DNA of 64,000 nucleotides, from the NCBI GenBank assembly GCA_964370265.1, contig CAYJIP010000004.1, positions 13,465 through 77,464 of the forward strand, in the 5' to 3' direction. The stretch comes from an uncultured Clostridium sp. Lineage in GTDB: Bacteria; Bacillota; Clostridia; TANB77; CAG-508. A model generated the notes under the pieces. It ran no database searches and was not told the DNA's origin. It saw nothing but the letters and a program-made list of their open reading frames with translations. Both the position numbers and the translations under genes were made by a program. Numbering within the stretch: the first letter of the stretch is position 1; every line of letters starts with the position of its first letter. Below, piece by piece: positions 27,430 through 37,400 of this stretch.

Positions 27430-30126
27430 ATGGGAAATATAGTATTATTAGATGAGTTAACAATAAATCAAATAGCAGCAGGAGAGGTTATAGAAAGACC
27501 AGCTTCTGTTGTAAAAGAAATGGTTGAAAACTCAATAGATGCTGGAGCAACAAATATTGTCGTTGAAGTAAAAAATGGTGGTATTTCATATATAAAAATA
27601 ACTGATAATGGAAAAGGTATAAGAACAGATGATTTAGAAATTGCTTTTGAAAGACATGCTACAAGTAAAATAAGAAACGCAAATGACTTAGCAACAGTTA
27701 CTTCAATGGGGTTTAGAGGTGAGGCATTAGCAAGTATATCTGCAATAGCAAAGGTAGAATTAATATCTAAAACAAAAGATCAAGAATTAGGAAATAAAAT
27801 AATTGTAGAAGGTGGAAATATATTAAAAAGAGAAGAATGTGCATGTCAAATTGGAACAAGTATAACAGTAACAAATCTCTTCTACAATACACCAGTTAGA
27901 TATAAATTTTTAAAGAAAGACTATACTGAAACAGGATATATCGAAGATGTGATAACAAGGATTGCTTTAGTAAATCCAGGAATAGCAATTAGATTGATAA
28001 ATGCAGGAAAAACAATTATACATACAAATGGAAGTAATGAATTAAAAAATGTTGTATATAGTATATATGGAAAAGAAACAGCTCAAGCTTTGTTAGAAAT
28101 AGACTATACATTTGAAGATTATTCAATAAAAGGTGTTGTAGGAAAACCAGAAATAGCAAGATCAAATAGATCATATCAGTTATTTTTTGTTAATAAGAGA
28201 TATGTAAGAGATAAATCATTAAGTGCTGCTATAGAGCAAGCGTTTAAAGGGATGATACCATTAGGTAAATTTGGATTTGCAATATTAAATATTACGATGA
28301 ATCCAGCGAAAGTAGATGTTAATGTGCATCCGGCAAAGCTAGAAGTTAGATTTGAAGAAGAAAACAAAGTTTTTCAAACAGTATTTCATAGTATTAAAGA
28401 TTCATTAGGTAAAACAGAGTTAATAGCAAATGTAGAAAATAAATTAAAAGATGACATTGTAAATAAAAGAAGAGAATCTTTTGAAGAAAGATTAAAAATA
28501 CTTAGAGAATCAAAAAAAGAAAATAATGAAGGTGTTGGATTATTTGGGAGAAAATTTAATTCAAATAAACAAGAAACAGGAAATATATTAGAAGATATAT
28601 ATAAGGAAAAAAATAGTGTATCTGAAATTACAAATAAGACAGTAATCGATAATGTAAGTAATATAGTTAATAATAAAAATGCAGAGTTTGAAAATATAAA
28701 TGAATTTGACGGACTTTCAAGTGGGAAAAATAACAATACGAATATAGATAATATTATCAATGAATATAGAATGAAAGAAAATACTCAAAGATACATAAGC
28801 AATATTAAAAGAGAGTATGTTAGTGAATACAAAAATAACGATGAAAAAGTTGAAGAAAGCATAGAAGGTAATGTAGAAGAAAATACAATTGGATATATAA
28901 GTCAAAATGAAGTAGTAGAAAGTAATAAAGAAAATAATACTGAGATTGTTTCAGGAAGTTTACAAAAACCAAATATAACAATTAGTAATGACGGTATAAA
29001 TATAGGTGATCAAGATACGATGGATGTTTTGGCACAATTAAGAAAAATGAAATTGGATATTCAAAAAGAAATTGAAGAAAAGAATAAGTTAGAAGAAGAA
29101 CAAAGAAAATTATTAGAAAAACAAAATGAGAATATAAATAATATAAATGATAATGAAGTTGCTATAGATGAGTTACAAGATAATGGGAACGAAACTGAAA
29201 TACAAAATTTTGAAGACGAAAAAGAGTCTGAAATTCAACAAAATTTAGAAACAAAAATACAAGACATGCATACAAAAATAGAAGAAAATAAGAAAAAAGA
29301 ACTTGATCAAGATTTTAAAGAAATAAAATCAAAAGTAGAAGAATTAACTGAAAATCAACAAATTGTATCAGCAGATTTCAATGAAATGTATGCAAAAATA
29401 TTTGGAACAGTACCTGTATCAAATACAACATTAGACGAAAAAGTTAAAAAAATTGATGAGATTGAAAGTATATTATTAGCACCATATGAAGAAAAAGAAT
29501 ATGTTCAAGATAGAATAGAAAATATGCCAAACAATCCATATAGAATGAGGCCAGCATATAAATTTGCTGGAATAGCATTTAATACATATATAATGATTGA
29601 AATAGAAAAAGAATTATATATACTAGATCAACATGCAGCTCATGAAAGAATTATGTACGAAAAAGTAAAGAAAAATTATTATAATCAAGGTGTTAAAGAT
29701 TCTCAAATGTTGTTATTGCCAGATGTTATTTCATTAAGTTTTAAAGAAATGGAAATTGCTAAAGAAAATATGAAAATGTTTGAAAAAGCAGGATTTACTT
29801 TAGAGGAATTTGGAGACAATACATTAAAACTAACAGGAGTTCCAACTATATGCTTTGATTTAGATACAAAAGAGTTGTTCTTAGAAATGTTAGATGAAAT
29901 AAATACAGTAGCAAGAACAGCTAGACAAGAAAAAGAAGAAAGATTTTTAGCGACAATAGCATGTAAAGCAGCGGTTAAAGGGAATATGTCTTTAGATTTA
30001 AAAGAAGTAGAAAAATTAATGGATGAATTATTAGTATTACCAAATCCATTTACATGTCCGCATGGGAGACCTACTGCAATTAAAATGACTAAATATGATA
30101 TTGAAAGAAAATTTGCTAGAAAATAA
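27430..30126 (+). CDS. mutL: DNA mismatch repair protein MutL (with a ~250-aa low-complexity linker expansion)
   Basis: It has a GHKL ATPase N-domain (ELVENSIDAGAT, DNGKGI) and a C-terminal dimerisation/endonuclease domain (DQHAAHERI, CPHGRP). The middle region is N/E/K-rich. Confidence 0.9.
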   Translation: MGNIVLLDELTINQIAAGEVIERPASVVKEMVENSIDAGATNIVVEVKNGGISYIKITDNGKGIRTDDLEIAFERHATSKIRNANDLATVTSMGFRGEALASISAIAKVELISKTKDQELGNKIIVEGGNILKREECACQIGTSITVTNLFYNTPVRYKFLKKDYTETGYIEDVITRIALVNPGIAIRLINAGKTIIHTNGSNELKNVVYSIYGKETAQALLEIDYTFEDYSIKGVVGKPEIARSNRSYQLFFVNKRYVRDKSLSAAIEQAFKGMIPLGKFGFAILNITMNPAKVDVNVHPAKLEVRFEEENKVFQTVFHSIKDSLGKTELIANVENKLKDDIVNKRRESFEERLKILRESKKENNEGVGLFGRKFNSNKQETGNILEDIYKEKNSVSEITNKTVIDNVSNIVNNKNAEFENINEFDGLSSGKNNNTNIDNIINEYRMKENTQRYISNIKREYVSEYKNNDEKVEESIEGNVEENTIGYISQNEVVESNKENNTEIVSGSLQKPNITISNDGINIGDQDTMDVLAQLRKMKLDIQKEIEEKNKLEEEQRKLLEKQNENINNINDNEVAIDELQDNGNETEIQNFEDEKESEIQQNLETKIQDMHTKIEENKKKELDQDFKEIKSKVEELTENQQIVSADFNEMYAKIFGTVPVSNTTLDEKVKKIDEIESILLAPYEEKEYVQDRIENMPNNPYRMRPAYKFAGIAFNTYIMIEIEKELYILDQHAAHERIMYEKVKKNYYNQGVKDSQMLLLPDVISLSFKEMEIAKENMKMFEKAGFTLEEFGDNTLKLTGVPTICFDLDTKELFLEMLDEINTVARTARQEKEERFLATIACKAAVKGNMSLDLKEVEKLMDELLVLPNPFTCPHGRPTAIKMTKYDIERKFARK

Positions 30127-30152
30127 CATAGATAATAGTTAAATAAGGAAGT

Positions 30153-31076
30153 GTGAAAGTGAATAAACCAAAAGTTATAATAATATGTGGACCAACAGCT
30201 TCAGGAAAAACATCAATGTCTGTGGAACTTGCAAAAAAAATAAATGGTGAAATAATATCGTGTGATTCGATGCAAATCTATAAAGAAATGGACATCGGCA
30301 CAGCAAAAGTTACGAAAGAAGAAATGCAAGGAATAAAACATTATATGATTGATATAGTTTCTCCAGAACAAAGGTATAGTGTAGCAGAATATAAAAGAGA
30401 CACAAAAAAAGCGATAAAAGAGATTTTGTCAAAAGGAAAAACACCAATAATTGTAGGAGGAACAGGTCTGTACATAGATAGTTTAATATATGAAATAGAA
30501 TATCAAAATATTGAGTATGATGAAACATATAGGGAGTTTTTAGAAAAAAGAGTAGTCGAAGAAGGCCTACAAGCTTTATATGATGAAGCTAAAAAAATAG
30601 ATTCTGAAGCAATTTTGAAAATAAGTCAAAATGATCAAAAAAGAATACTTAGGATATTGGAAATATATAAAGCAACAGGTAAAAATAAAACAGAAATGGA
30701 AAAAAAGTCTAGAGAAAAAGAAGTAGAATATGACTATCAAGTATATGTTCTAGAATGGGATAGAGAAATCTTATATTCTAGAATTAACAAGAGAGTTGAG
30801 ATTATGATCGAGATGGGACTTGTTGCAGAAGTTGAGTATATAGTTGAAAAATACAAGAGTTTTCCGACAGCTATGCAAGGATTGGGATATAAAGAAGTGG
30901 TTATGTATTTGAAAAACGAAATTACAAAAGAAGAGATGGTTGATTTGATAAAAATGGAGTCAAGAAGATATGCTAAAAGACAGATAACATGGTTCAAAAA
31001 AAATAAAGATTCAATTTGGTTGGATGCAAAAAAAGATATATCTGAAAATTTAGAAATCATATGTGATAACATTTAA
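30153..31076 (+). CDS. miaA: tRNA dimethylallyltransferase MiaA
   Basis: The P-loop GPTASGKT is followed by the conserved DSMQIYKEMDIGTAK. GTG start. Confidence 0.9.
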   Translation: MKVNKPKVIIICGPTASGKTSMSVELAKKINGEIISCDSMQIYKEMDIGTAKVTKEEMQGIKHYMIDIVSPEQRYSVAEYKRDTKKAIKEILSKGKTPIIVGGTGLYIDSLIYEIEYQNIEYDETYREFLEKRVVEEGLQALYDEAKKIDSEAILKISQNDQKRILRILEIYKATGKNKTEMEKKSREKEVEYDYQVYVLEWDREILYSRINKRVEIMIEMGLVAEVEYIVEKYKSFPTAMQGLGYKEVVMYLKNEITKEEMVDLIKMESRRYAKRQITWFKKNKDSIWLDAKKDISENLEIICDNI

Positions 31077-31091
31077 TAAGACAAAGATGAG

Positions 31092-32378
31092 GTGAAACTA
31101 TTGGGGAATGAAACTCAAGTTGATAAGGGGTTCAAAAGAAAAAAAATTAAGACTGAAAAAAAGATTACTAGAATATTATTAATTATTGGAGGCGTATTAT
31201 TAAGTATATATTTGATGTATATAGTCTATTTATTATTAATAGAGCCAACAAATATTTATACAGTAGAAAATGGTGAGATTTCAAAACAAGAAACAAACAC
31301 AGGTTATGTGATAAGAAATGAAATTATTTGCCAAGGTGAAAGTTATAGTAATGGTATTGATAATATTTTAAGTGAAGGCGAAAAAGCATCGAAAGGTGAA
31401 CAAATATTTAGATATTATACATCTAATGAACAAGAATTAGAACAGAAAATTAGTGAATTAGATATTAAGATAGAAGAGGCTCTTGAAAGTGAAGAAAGTA
31501 TATATCCTGCAGATATTAAATTAATTGACGAAAAAATTGACGAAAAAATCAAACAGATCAACAATGTGACAGACATAAATGAATTACAAGATTATGAAGA
31601 TGATATTAATGATTTGATATTAGAAAAAGCTAAAATTACAGGAGAGTTGAGCCCACAAGGATCATATTTAAATTCTTTAATTGAAGAGAGAAAAATATAT
31701 GAAACACAATTAAATAATGGATATGAGTATATTACTGCTCCGATGAGTGGGATTGTTTCGTATAAAATTGATGGATATGAAGAGATATTAACGCCAACTA
31801 GTTTTACTGAATTGACAATAGAATATTTAGAAAATTTAGAAATAAAGACAGCAGAGATAATAGCAACAAATAATGAAAAAGGAAAAATTGTAGATAATTT
31901 TAAATATTATATAGCTACACCGTCAAATACAGAAGAGGCTTTTGCAGCAGAAGTTGGAGATGGTGTTGAGGTGAGATTAGCTAGTGGAAGAATGTTAGAT
32001 GCAGAAATTATACAAATATCTAAAGAGGAAGAGCAAGTTTTAATTATATTAGAACTACAAGAAGGAATAGAAGACCTACTAGACCATAGAAAAATAACAT
32101 TTGATTTAATTTGGTGGGATTATGATGGTTTGAAAATATCGAATGAAACTATTTTGGAAAAAGACGGATATAATTATGTGCTTAGAAATAGACAAGGATA
32201 TATAAATGAATTATTAATAAAAGTATTAAAACAAGGGGATGAGTATTCGATTGTAAGACCGTACAACACTGAAGAATTAACAGAAATTGGATATACAGAT
32301 ATAGAAATTATTAATTATAGAAAAATAACAATATATGATGAAATATTAATTAATGCAAATTGGGAAATGTTACAATAA
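31092..32378 (+). CDS. HlyD-family membrane-fusion-like protein (orphan; no cognate transporter adjacent)
   Basis: It has an N-terminal TM, a coiled-coil segment, a lipoyl-like ITAPMSGIVSY hairpin and a beta-barrel-like C-terminus. Probable TTG start. Confidence 0.4.
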   Translation: MKLLGNETQVDKGFKRKKIKTEKKITRILLIIGGVLLSIYLMYIVYLLLIEPTNIYTVENGEISKQETNTGYVIRNEIICQGESYSNGIDNILSEGEKASKGEQIFRYYTSNEQELEQKISELDIKIEEALESEESIYPADIKLIDEKIDEKIKQINNVTDINELQDYEDDINDLILEKAKITGELSPQGSYLNSLIEERKIYETQLNNGYEYITAPMSGIVSYKIDGYEEILTPTSFTELTIEYLENLEIKTAEIIATNNEKGKIVDNFKYYIATPSNTEEAFAAEVGDGVEVRLASGRMLDAEIIQISKEEEQVLIILELQEGIEDLLDHRKITFDLIWWDYDGLKISNETILEKDGYNYVLRNRQGYINELLIKVLKQGDEYSIVRPYNTEELTEIGYTDIEIINYRKITIYDEILINANWEMLQ

Positions 32379-32489
32379 TATTACAAAAGTATTAAGATTT
32401 AATAACATTGTTAAAAAATGTTGACATTAAGAGAAAAAAGGTACATACTTAAGGCAATAAAACAAAGGAAAATTTTTAGGAGGTTTATT

Positions 32490-32960
32490 ATGGCGGGAGC
32501 GTTCATGAACAAGGTGTGGGATCTATTTGGAATGGATACAGCTGAACAAGAAGAATTTGAAGAGGATATATACGATATCGAAGAGGAAGAAGAATTAATT
32601 GATGACAAGAAAATGTTTGGAAGAAAAAACAAAGTTGTTGCAATGCCTCAAACAAATGCGATTAAAATGGTAATATCACAACCTACAACATTTGAACAAT
32701 CAGATGAAATATGTAGTTTTTTAAAAGAAAAAAAATCTGTTATAGTAAATCTTGAATATGTAAACAAAGATGTTGCTAGAAGAATAGTAGATTTTATAAG
32801 TGGTGGAGTATATGCATTAGATGGTTATATCCAAAAAGTATCTAATTCTATATTTTTAGTTGCGCCATCAAATTATGAAATAACAAATGAAATGGCTCGT
32901 GAAGAGATGAAAAGTAAACTTTCAGTTTCATGGTTAAAAAATAACGGAATGAATGGATAA
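32490..32960 (+). CDS. sepF: Cell division protein SepF
   Basis: The acidic N-terminus is followed by the SepF core (VISQPTTFEQSDEICSFLKEKKSVIVNLEY). The start was trimmed to ATG 32490, behind a perfect AGGAGG RBS. Confidence 0.8.
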   Translation: MAGAFMNKVWDLFGMDTAEQEEFEEDIYDIEEEEELIDDKKMFGRKNKVVAMPQTNAIKMVISQPTTFEQSDEICSFLKEKKSVIVNLEYVNKDVARRIVDFISGGVYALDGYIQKVSNSIFLVAPSNYEITNEMAREEMKSKLSVSWLKNNGMNG

Positions 32961-32995
32961 GAGAATGACAGTCATTTGTTAATAAGGAGGAATTT

Positions 32996-33451
32996 ATGAT
33001 AACACCATTAGACATAGAAAATAAGAAATTTTCTAAGCAAATGATGAACGGATACAGTGTAGAAGATGTAGATGATTTTTTAGATGAGTTAACATTAGAT
33101 TATACAAAAAATTATAAAGAAGTAGCTCAATTAAGAAACCAAGTAGAACAGTTGACGAAAGATACGGAAAAATATAAAACTATAGAACAAACCTTGCAAA
33201 ATACCTTAATAATGGCACAAACAACAGCAGAAGATGTTAAAAAAGTAGCAAATCAACAAGCAGATCAAATAATAAACGAAGCTAGATCACAAGCACAAAA
33301 GCAAGCTCGCGAATTAGAAAGTGAGATAATGTTAAAAACAAAAGAATTAGAGGATGTTAAGAAGCAAATCGATATCTTTAAAGCAAAAATGGAATCGCTA
33401 TTAATATCACAATTAGAACTACTAAGAGAGATAAACAAAGAAGAATACTAA
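32996..33451 (+). CDS. divIVA: DivIVA domain cell division protein
   Basis: It has the N-terminal DivIVA motif MITPLDIENKKFSK...GYSVEDVDDFLD and a coiled-coil C-terminus. Confidence 0.85.
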   Translation: MITPLDIENKKFSKQMMNGYSVEDVDDFLDELTLDYTKNYKEVAQLRNQVEQLTKDTEKYKTIEQTLQNTLIMAQTTAEDVKKVANQQADQIINEARSQAQKQARELESEIMLKTKELEDVKKQIDIFKAKMESLLISQLELLREINKEEY

Positions 33452-33530
33452 AAGAAAGTATAACAAAAAAAGTTATAAGTTACAAAAGAAAAGTATACAT
33501 AAGATACTTTACAAAAGAAATGAAATAATA

Positions 33531-33590
33531 ACAAAAGATAAACACACAAAAGATAAACACACAAAAGATAAAAACACAAAAGATAAAAAC
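33531..33590. repeat. Tandem repeat, four copies of a 15 bp unit (acaaaagataaa[ca]ac)
   Basis: It was read directly downstream of divIVA. The last unit overlaps the terminator stem. Confidence 0.75.
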
Positions 33591-33623
33591 TATCTATTTA
33601 CATAGTAAATAGATAGTTTTTTG
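33588..33623 (+). terminator. Rho-independent terminator
   Basis: A perfect 13-bp stem aactatctattta/taaatagatagtt with a 5-nt loop is followed by tttt. Confidence 0.65.
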
Positions 33624-33749
33624 AGCGTGATATGTTCGAAATTAGTGTAATATATTACAAAACTATTAAATATATGTTACATTTTCGTTAATACTCTTGA
33701 CATTCTAAGGAAAAAGTATAAAATAGACATATCATAGAAAGGTTAAAAT

Positions 33750-34322
33750 ATGAGAATTATAGCTGGTAAAGCAAGAGGAACTAAATTAAATACATTAGAA
33801 GGAAATAATACAAGACCAACATCAGATAGAGTAAAAGAATCGATGTTTAATATAATACAACATAACATTGTTGATACAGTTTTTCTAGATCTATTTGCAG
33901 GAAGTGGAGCAATAGGGTTAGAAGCAATCAGCAGAGGTGCTAAAAAAGCAATTCTATGTGATAAATCTAAGGATGCTGTTAAAGTAATAAATAGTAATAT
34001 TATTAAAACACATTTTGAAGATAAAGTTCAGGTATATAATACAGATATGGAAAAAACATTAACAAAAATAGAAAAAAGTAAATTTGACTATATATTTATT
34101 GATCCTCCATATCAAGATATAAACCTTATATATAATGCAATAAATTATATAATAAATAAAGATATGTTAAATAATTATGGAACAATAATTGTTGAAACAG
34201 ATAATAAAGAAAAAGTATTAGAAATAGCAGAAAAAATAGGAATTGAAGTAAAAGATGATAGAAAGTATGGACGAACATATTTGATCTTTTTGAATAAAAA
34301 AGATATTATGAAAGAGGGGTAA
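33750..34322 (+). CDS. rsmD: 16S rRNA (guanine966-N2)-methyltransferase RsmD
   Basis: It begins MRIIAGKARG and has an SAM-binding DLFAGSGAIGLEA and a DPPY motif. A TTGACA/TATAAAAT promoter lies at about 33698. Confidence 0.85.
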   Translation: MRIIAGKARGTKLNTLEGNNTRPTSDRVKESMFNIIQHNIVDTVFLDLFAGSGAIGLEAISRGAKKAILCDKSKDAVKVINSNIIKTHFEDKVQVYNTDMEKTLTKIEKSKFDYIFIDPPYQDINLIYNAINYIINKDMLNNYGTIIVETDNKEKVLEIAEKIGIEVKDDRKYGRTYLIFLNKKDIMKEG

Positions 34323-34324
34323 AA

Positions 34325-34828
34325 ATGGAAATATTTACTTTATTAGAAACATTAGAAGATTTATTAGAAGGAAGTAAGAGTGTACCATTTTCAGGTAAAA
34401 GTTTAGTTAATAAAGATGAAATGTTAGATTTGATAAAAGAGGTAAGATTAAAATTACCAGAAGAATTAAAATTAGCAAAATGGTTAAAAGAAGAAAGACA
34501 AAGGATATTAGTTGAAGCGCAAAAAGAAGCTGATGGTATTGTTAAAGAAGCAGAAAATAGAATTATAGCTATGATAGATGAACATGAAATAACAAGAAAA
34601 GCATATGATTTAAAAACAGAAATTATAGAAACAGCAAATGAAATGTCGAGAGAAATTTCAAGAGGAACTAAAGAATATGCAGATAGTATTTTAGGTAATA
34701 CAGAAGGTGTTTTAAATGAATCATTATCTAATCTTGAAAAAAACATGACTCAAGCAATGAATATAATGCAAATATCTTTAGAAGATACAATCAAAACAAT
34801 TCAAAACAGTAGAAGAGAATTGAAATAG
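34325..34828 (+). CDS. Hypothetical coiled-coil protein (ATPase subunit b/G-like helical protein)
   Basis: It is charged and predicted helical (ERQRILVEAQKEADGIVKEAENRIIAMIDEHE). No catalytic motif was found. It sits where coaD usually follows rsmD. Confidence 0.35.
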   Translation: MEIFTLLETLEDLLEGSKSVPFSGKSLVNKDEMLDLIKEVRLKLPEELKLAKWLKEERQRILVEAQKEADGIVKEAENRIIAMIDEHEITRKAYDLKTEIIETANEMSREISRGTKEYADSILGNTEGVLNESLSNLEKNMTQAMNIMQISLEDTIKTIQNSRRELK

Positions 34829-34915
34829 AAATAGAAATTAAAAGTCAGATATAGAAGTCAATATAGCAAGGCTTTAATCTGATTTTTTTCGTTAAGTTTA
34901 GGAAAGGAGCAAAAG

Positions 34916-37378
34916 ATGGCAAAGAAAAAAGGTAAAAGAGTAACAGATACAAAAAAAACTACTAAAACAAATAAAACAAATAAAACAAATAAATTAAATG
35001 CAATTATATTGGGGTTAATGATGTTAAGTATATTATTAGGTGTTCTAATTTATACAAGATCAGGAATCATAGGAAGAGAATTGAATGAAGTATTAGGAGG
35101 GTTATTTGGTATTGTACAATATATAATACCAGTAGCAATATTTGGACTAACATTAAAATTAGCGACAGATAAGTCACTTGAAATAAAAACTAAATTAATA
35201 CAATGTTCATTTGTAATTATAATATTTTCAGTTATTTGTAGTGTTTTTCAAATTTCATCAGGAGAAATGGAAATTATATCTGATTTTTCAAATAATATAG
35301 AAAATGGATATAATTTAGGTACACAAGACAATGGTGGTGGAGCAATAGGAGCAATATTTGCAATACCATTGATAAATTTATTAGGGACAATAGGTGCAGT
35401 AATATTAACAATAGGTATAGAAGCCTTATTAATAGTATTTACATTTGGTATTGATGTTACAAAATTAATAAATAATAGTATGGAAAAAATATCAGAAAAA
35501 AGAGAAAGTATTAAAGAAGATATAAGAATAGAACGTGAAGAATATCAAGAACAAAAGAATCATGGTAATGCGCAAATACAAAAAGTTGAAACATTTGCTG
35601 AAAAAAGAAAAAGAGAAAAATTAGAAAAAGCTGAAAGGTCAATTAAGAAAAGTCATGTTCCAGATATAGATGATGAACAAATTAAAATTAACTTTGGTTC
35701 TGAATTGATTGAAAATGACGAACAAAAAGGAAGAGGAAAAAAATATGATCATGGAAAAGATGACATAGTTCCACTTAGTAGAGAAAATAAAGCTAATAAG
35801 CAGCAAGTACAACCAGATGTGATAGAATCAAATTTATTTAAACAAGAAGAAGAACAAAAAGAAGATAAGACAAAAGAGGTTTTACAATTAGAGCATACAA
35901 TGGTTGTAGAAGATCAAGAGTATGAATATCCACCAATTGAAATATTAAGTAAGCCAACAAAAAAAGCAATAAAAGGTGGTGCGAAAGCATTAACAGAAAC
36001 AGCAACAAAATTACAAAAAACATTATATAGTTTTGGCGTATCAGCAAAGGTTGAAAACGTAGCTGTTGGTCCAACAATTACAAGATATGAATTAAAACCA
36101 GCAGAAGGTGTTAGAGTAAGTAAAATTGCAAATTTAGCAGATGATATAGCACTTAATTTAGCAGCAGAAACTATAAGGATAGAAGCACCTATTCCAGGAA
36201 AACAAGCAGTAGGTATTGAAGTACCAAATGCAGAAAAAGAAGCAGTACACTTTAGAGAAGTTTTAGATAGCAGTGCGTTCTCAAATAATAATTCGAAATT
36301 AACAGTAGGTCTTGGGAAAGACGTTGCAGGAAATATACAATTAGCAGATATTGCAAAAATGCCTCACGTATTAATAGCAGGAGCTACAGGTTCAGGTAAA
36401 TCAGTATGTGTAAATACAATAATTACGAGTATAATATATAACAGTAAGCCAAGTGAAGTTAAATTTGTTATGATAGATCCGAAGGTTGTTGAATTATCAG
36501 TATATAATGGAATACCACATTTATTAATTCCGGTTGTTACAGATCCTAGAAAAGCAGCAGGAGCATTAGCATGGGCAGTTCAGGAAATGGATAATAGATA
36601 TAATTTATTTGCTGAAAAAGGTGTTAGAGATTTAAAAGGATACAATCAAAGTGTTGAAAAAGCTGAAGAAAAAGGTGTTTTACCTCAGATAGTAATAATC
36701 ATTGATGAGCTTGCAGATTTAATGATGGTTGCGAAAAATGATGTAGAGGATGCAATTTGTAGATTAGCGCAAAAAGCAAGAGCTGCAGGAATGCATTTAG
36801 TAATTGCAACGCAAAGACCGTCAGTGGATGTAATAACAGGATTAATCAAAGCAAATGTACCTTCAAGAATAGCATTTTCTGTTTCGTCACAAATAGACTC
36901 AAGAACGATACTAGACTCGGTAGGTGCAGAAAAATTATTAGGAAAAGGTGATATGCTATATTATCCAGCAGGTGCACCGAAACCATCAAGAGTACAAGGG
37001 GCATTTGTATCAGACACAGAAGTAGAAAAGATAGTAGACTTTATAAAATCAAATGGAACAGCAACATATAATGAAGATATATTAGAAACTATAGAAAAAA
37101 GTAATAAAACAGATAAAGAAATTTCAGAGACATCAGTAGATGATGATATGGACCCATTCTTAATGGAAGCTATACATACGGTTATAGAAACAGGACAAGC
37201 ATCAACATCTTTTATTCAAAGAAGATTTAAAGTTGGATATGCAAGAGCTGGAAGAATAATTGATCAAATGGAAGAAAGAGGAGTTATTTCAGGATATCAA
37301 GGAAGTAAACCAAGAGAAGTTTTGATGACGATGGACAGATGGAATGAGCTTAATATGGGAACTACAGAGACAGCGTAA
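34916..37378 (+). CDS. ftsK: DNA translocase FtsK/SpoIIIE
   Basis: It has N-terminal TMs, a linker, Walker A GATGSGKS, Walker B IIIDELADL, ATQRPSVDVITG and a gamma winged-helix C-terminus. Confidence 0.9.
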   Translation: MAKKKGKRVTDTKKTTKTNKTNKTNKLNAIILGLMMLSILLGVLIYTRSGIIGRELNEVLGGLFGIVQYIIPVAIFGLTLKLATDKSLEIKTKLIQCSFVIIIFSVICSVFQISSGEMEIISDFSNNIENGYNLGTQDNGGGAIGAIFAIPLINLLGTIGAVILTIGIEALLIVFTFGIDVTKLINNSMEKISEKRESIKEDIRIEREEYQEQKNHGNAQIQKVETFAEKRKREKLEKAERSIKKSHVPDIDDEQIKINFGSELIENDEQKGRGKKYDHGKDDIVPLSRENKANKQQVQPDVIESNLFKQEEEQKEDKTKEVLQLEHTMVVEDQEYEYPPIEILSKPTKKAIKGGAKALTETATKLQKTLYSFGVSAKVENVAVGPTITRYELKPAEGVRVSKIANLADDIALNLAAETIRIEAPIPGKQAVGIEVPNAEKEAVHFREVLDSSAFSNNNSKLTVGLGKDVAGNIQLADIAKMPHVLIAGATGSGKSVCVNTIITSIIYNSKPSEVKFVMIDPKVVELSVYNGIPHLLIPVVTDPRKAAGALAWAVQEMDNRYNLFAEKGVRDLKGYNQSVEKAEEKGVLPQIVIIIDELADLMMVAKNDVEDAICRLAQKARAAGMHLVIATQRPSVDVITGLIKANVPSRIAFSVSSQIDSRTILDSVGAEKLLGKGDMLYYPAGAPKPSRVQGAFVSDTEVEKIVDFIKSNGTATYNEDILETIEKSNKTDKEISETSVDDDMDPFLMEAIHTVIETGQASTSFIQRRFKVGYARAGRIIDQMEERGVISGYQGSKPREVLMTMDRWNELNMGTTETA

Positions 37379-37400
37379 AGTTAAGAAATGGAGGAGCAAA

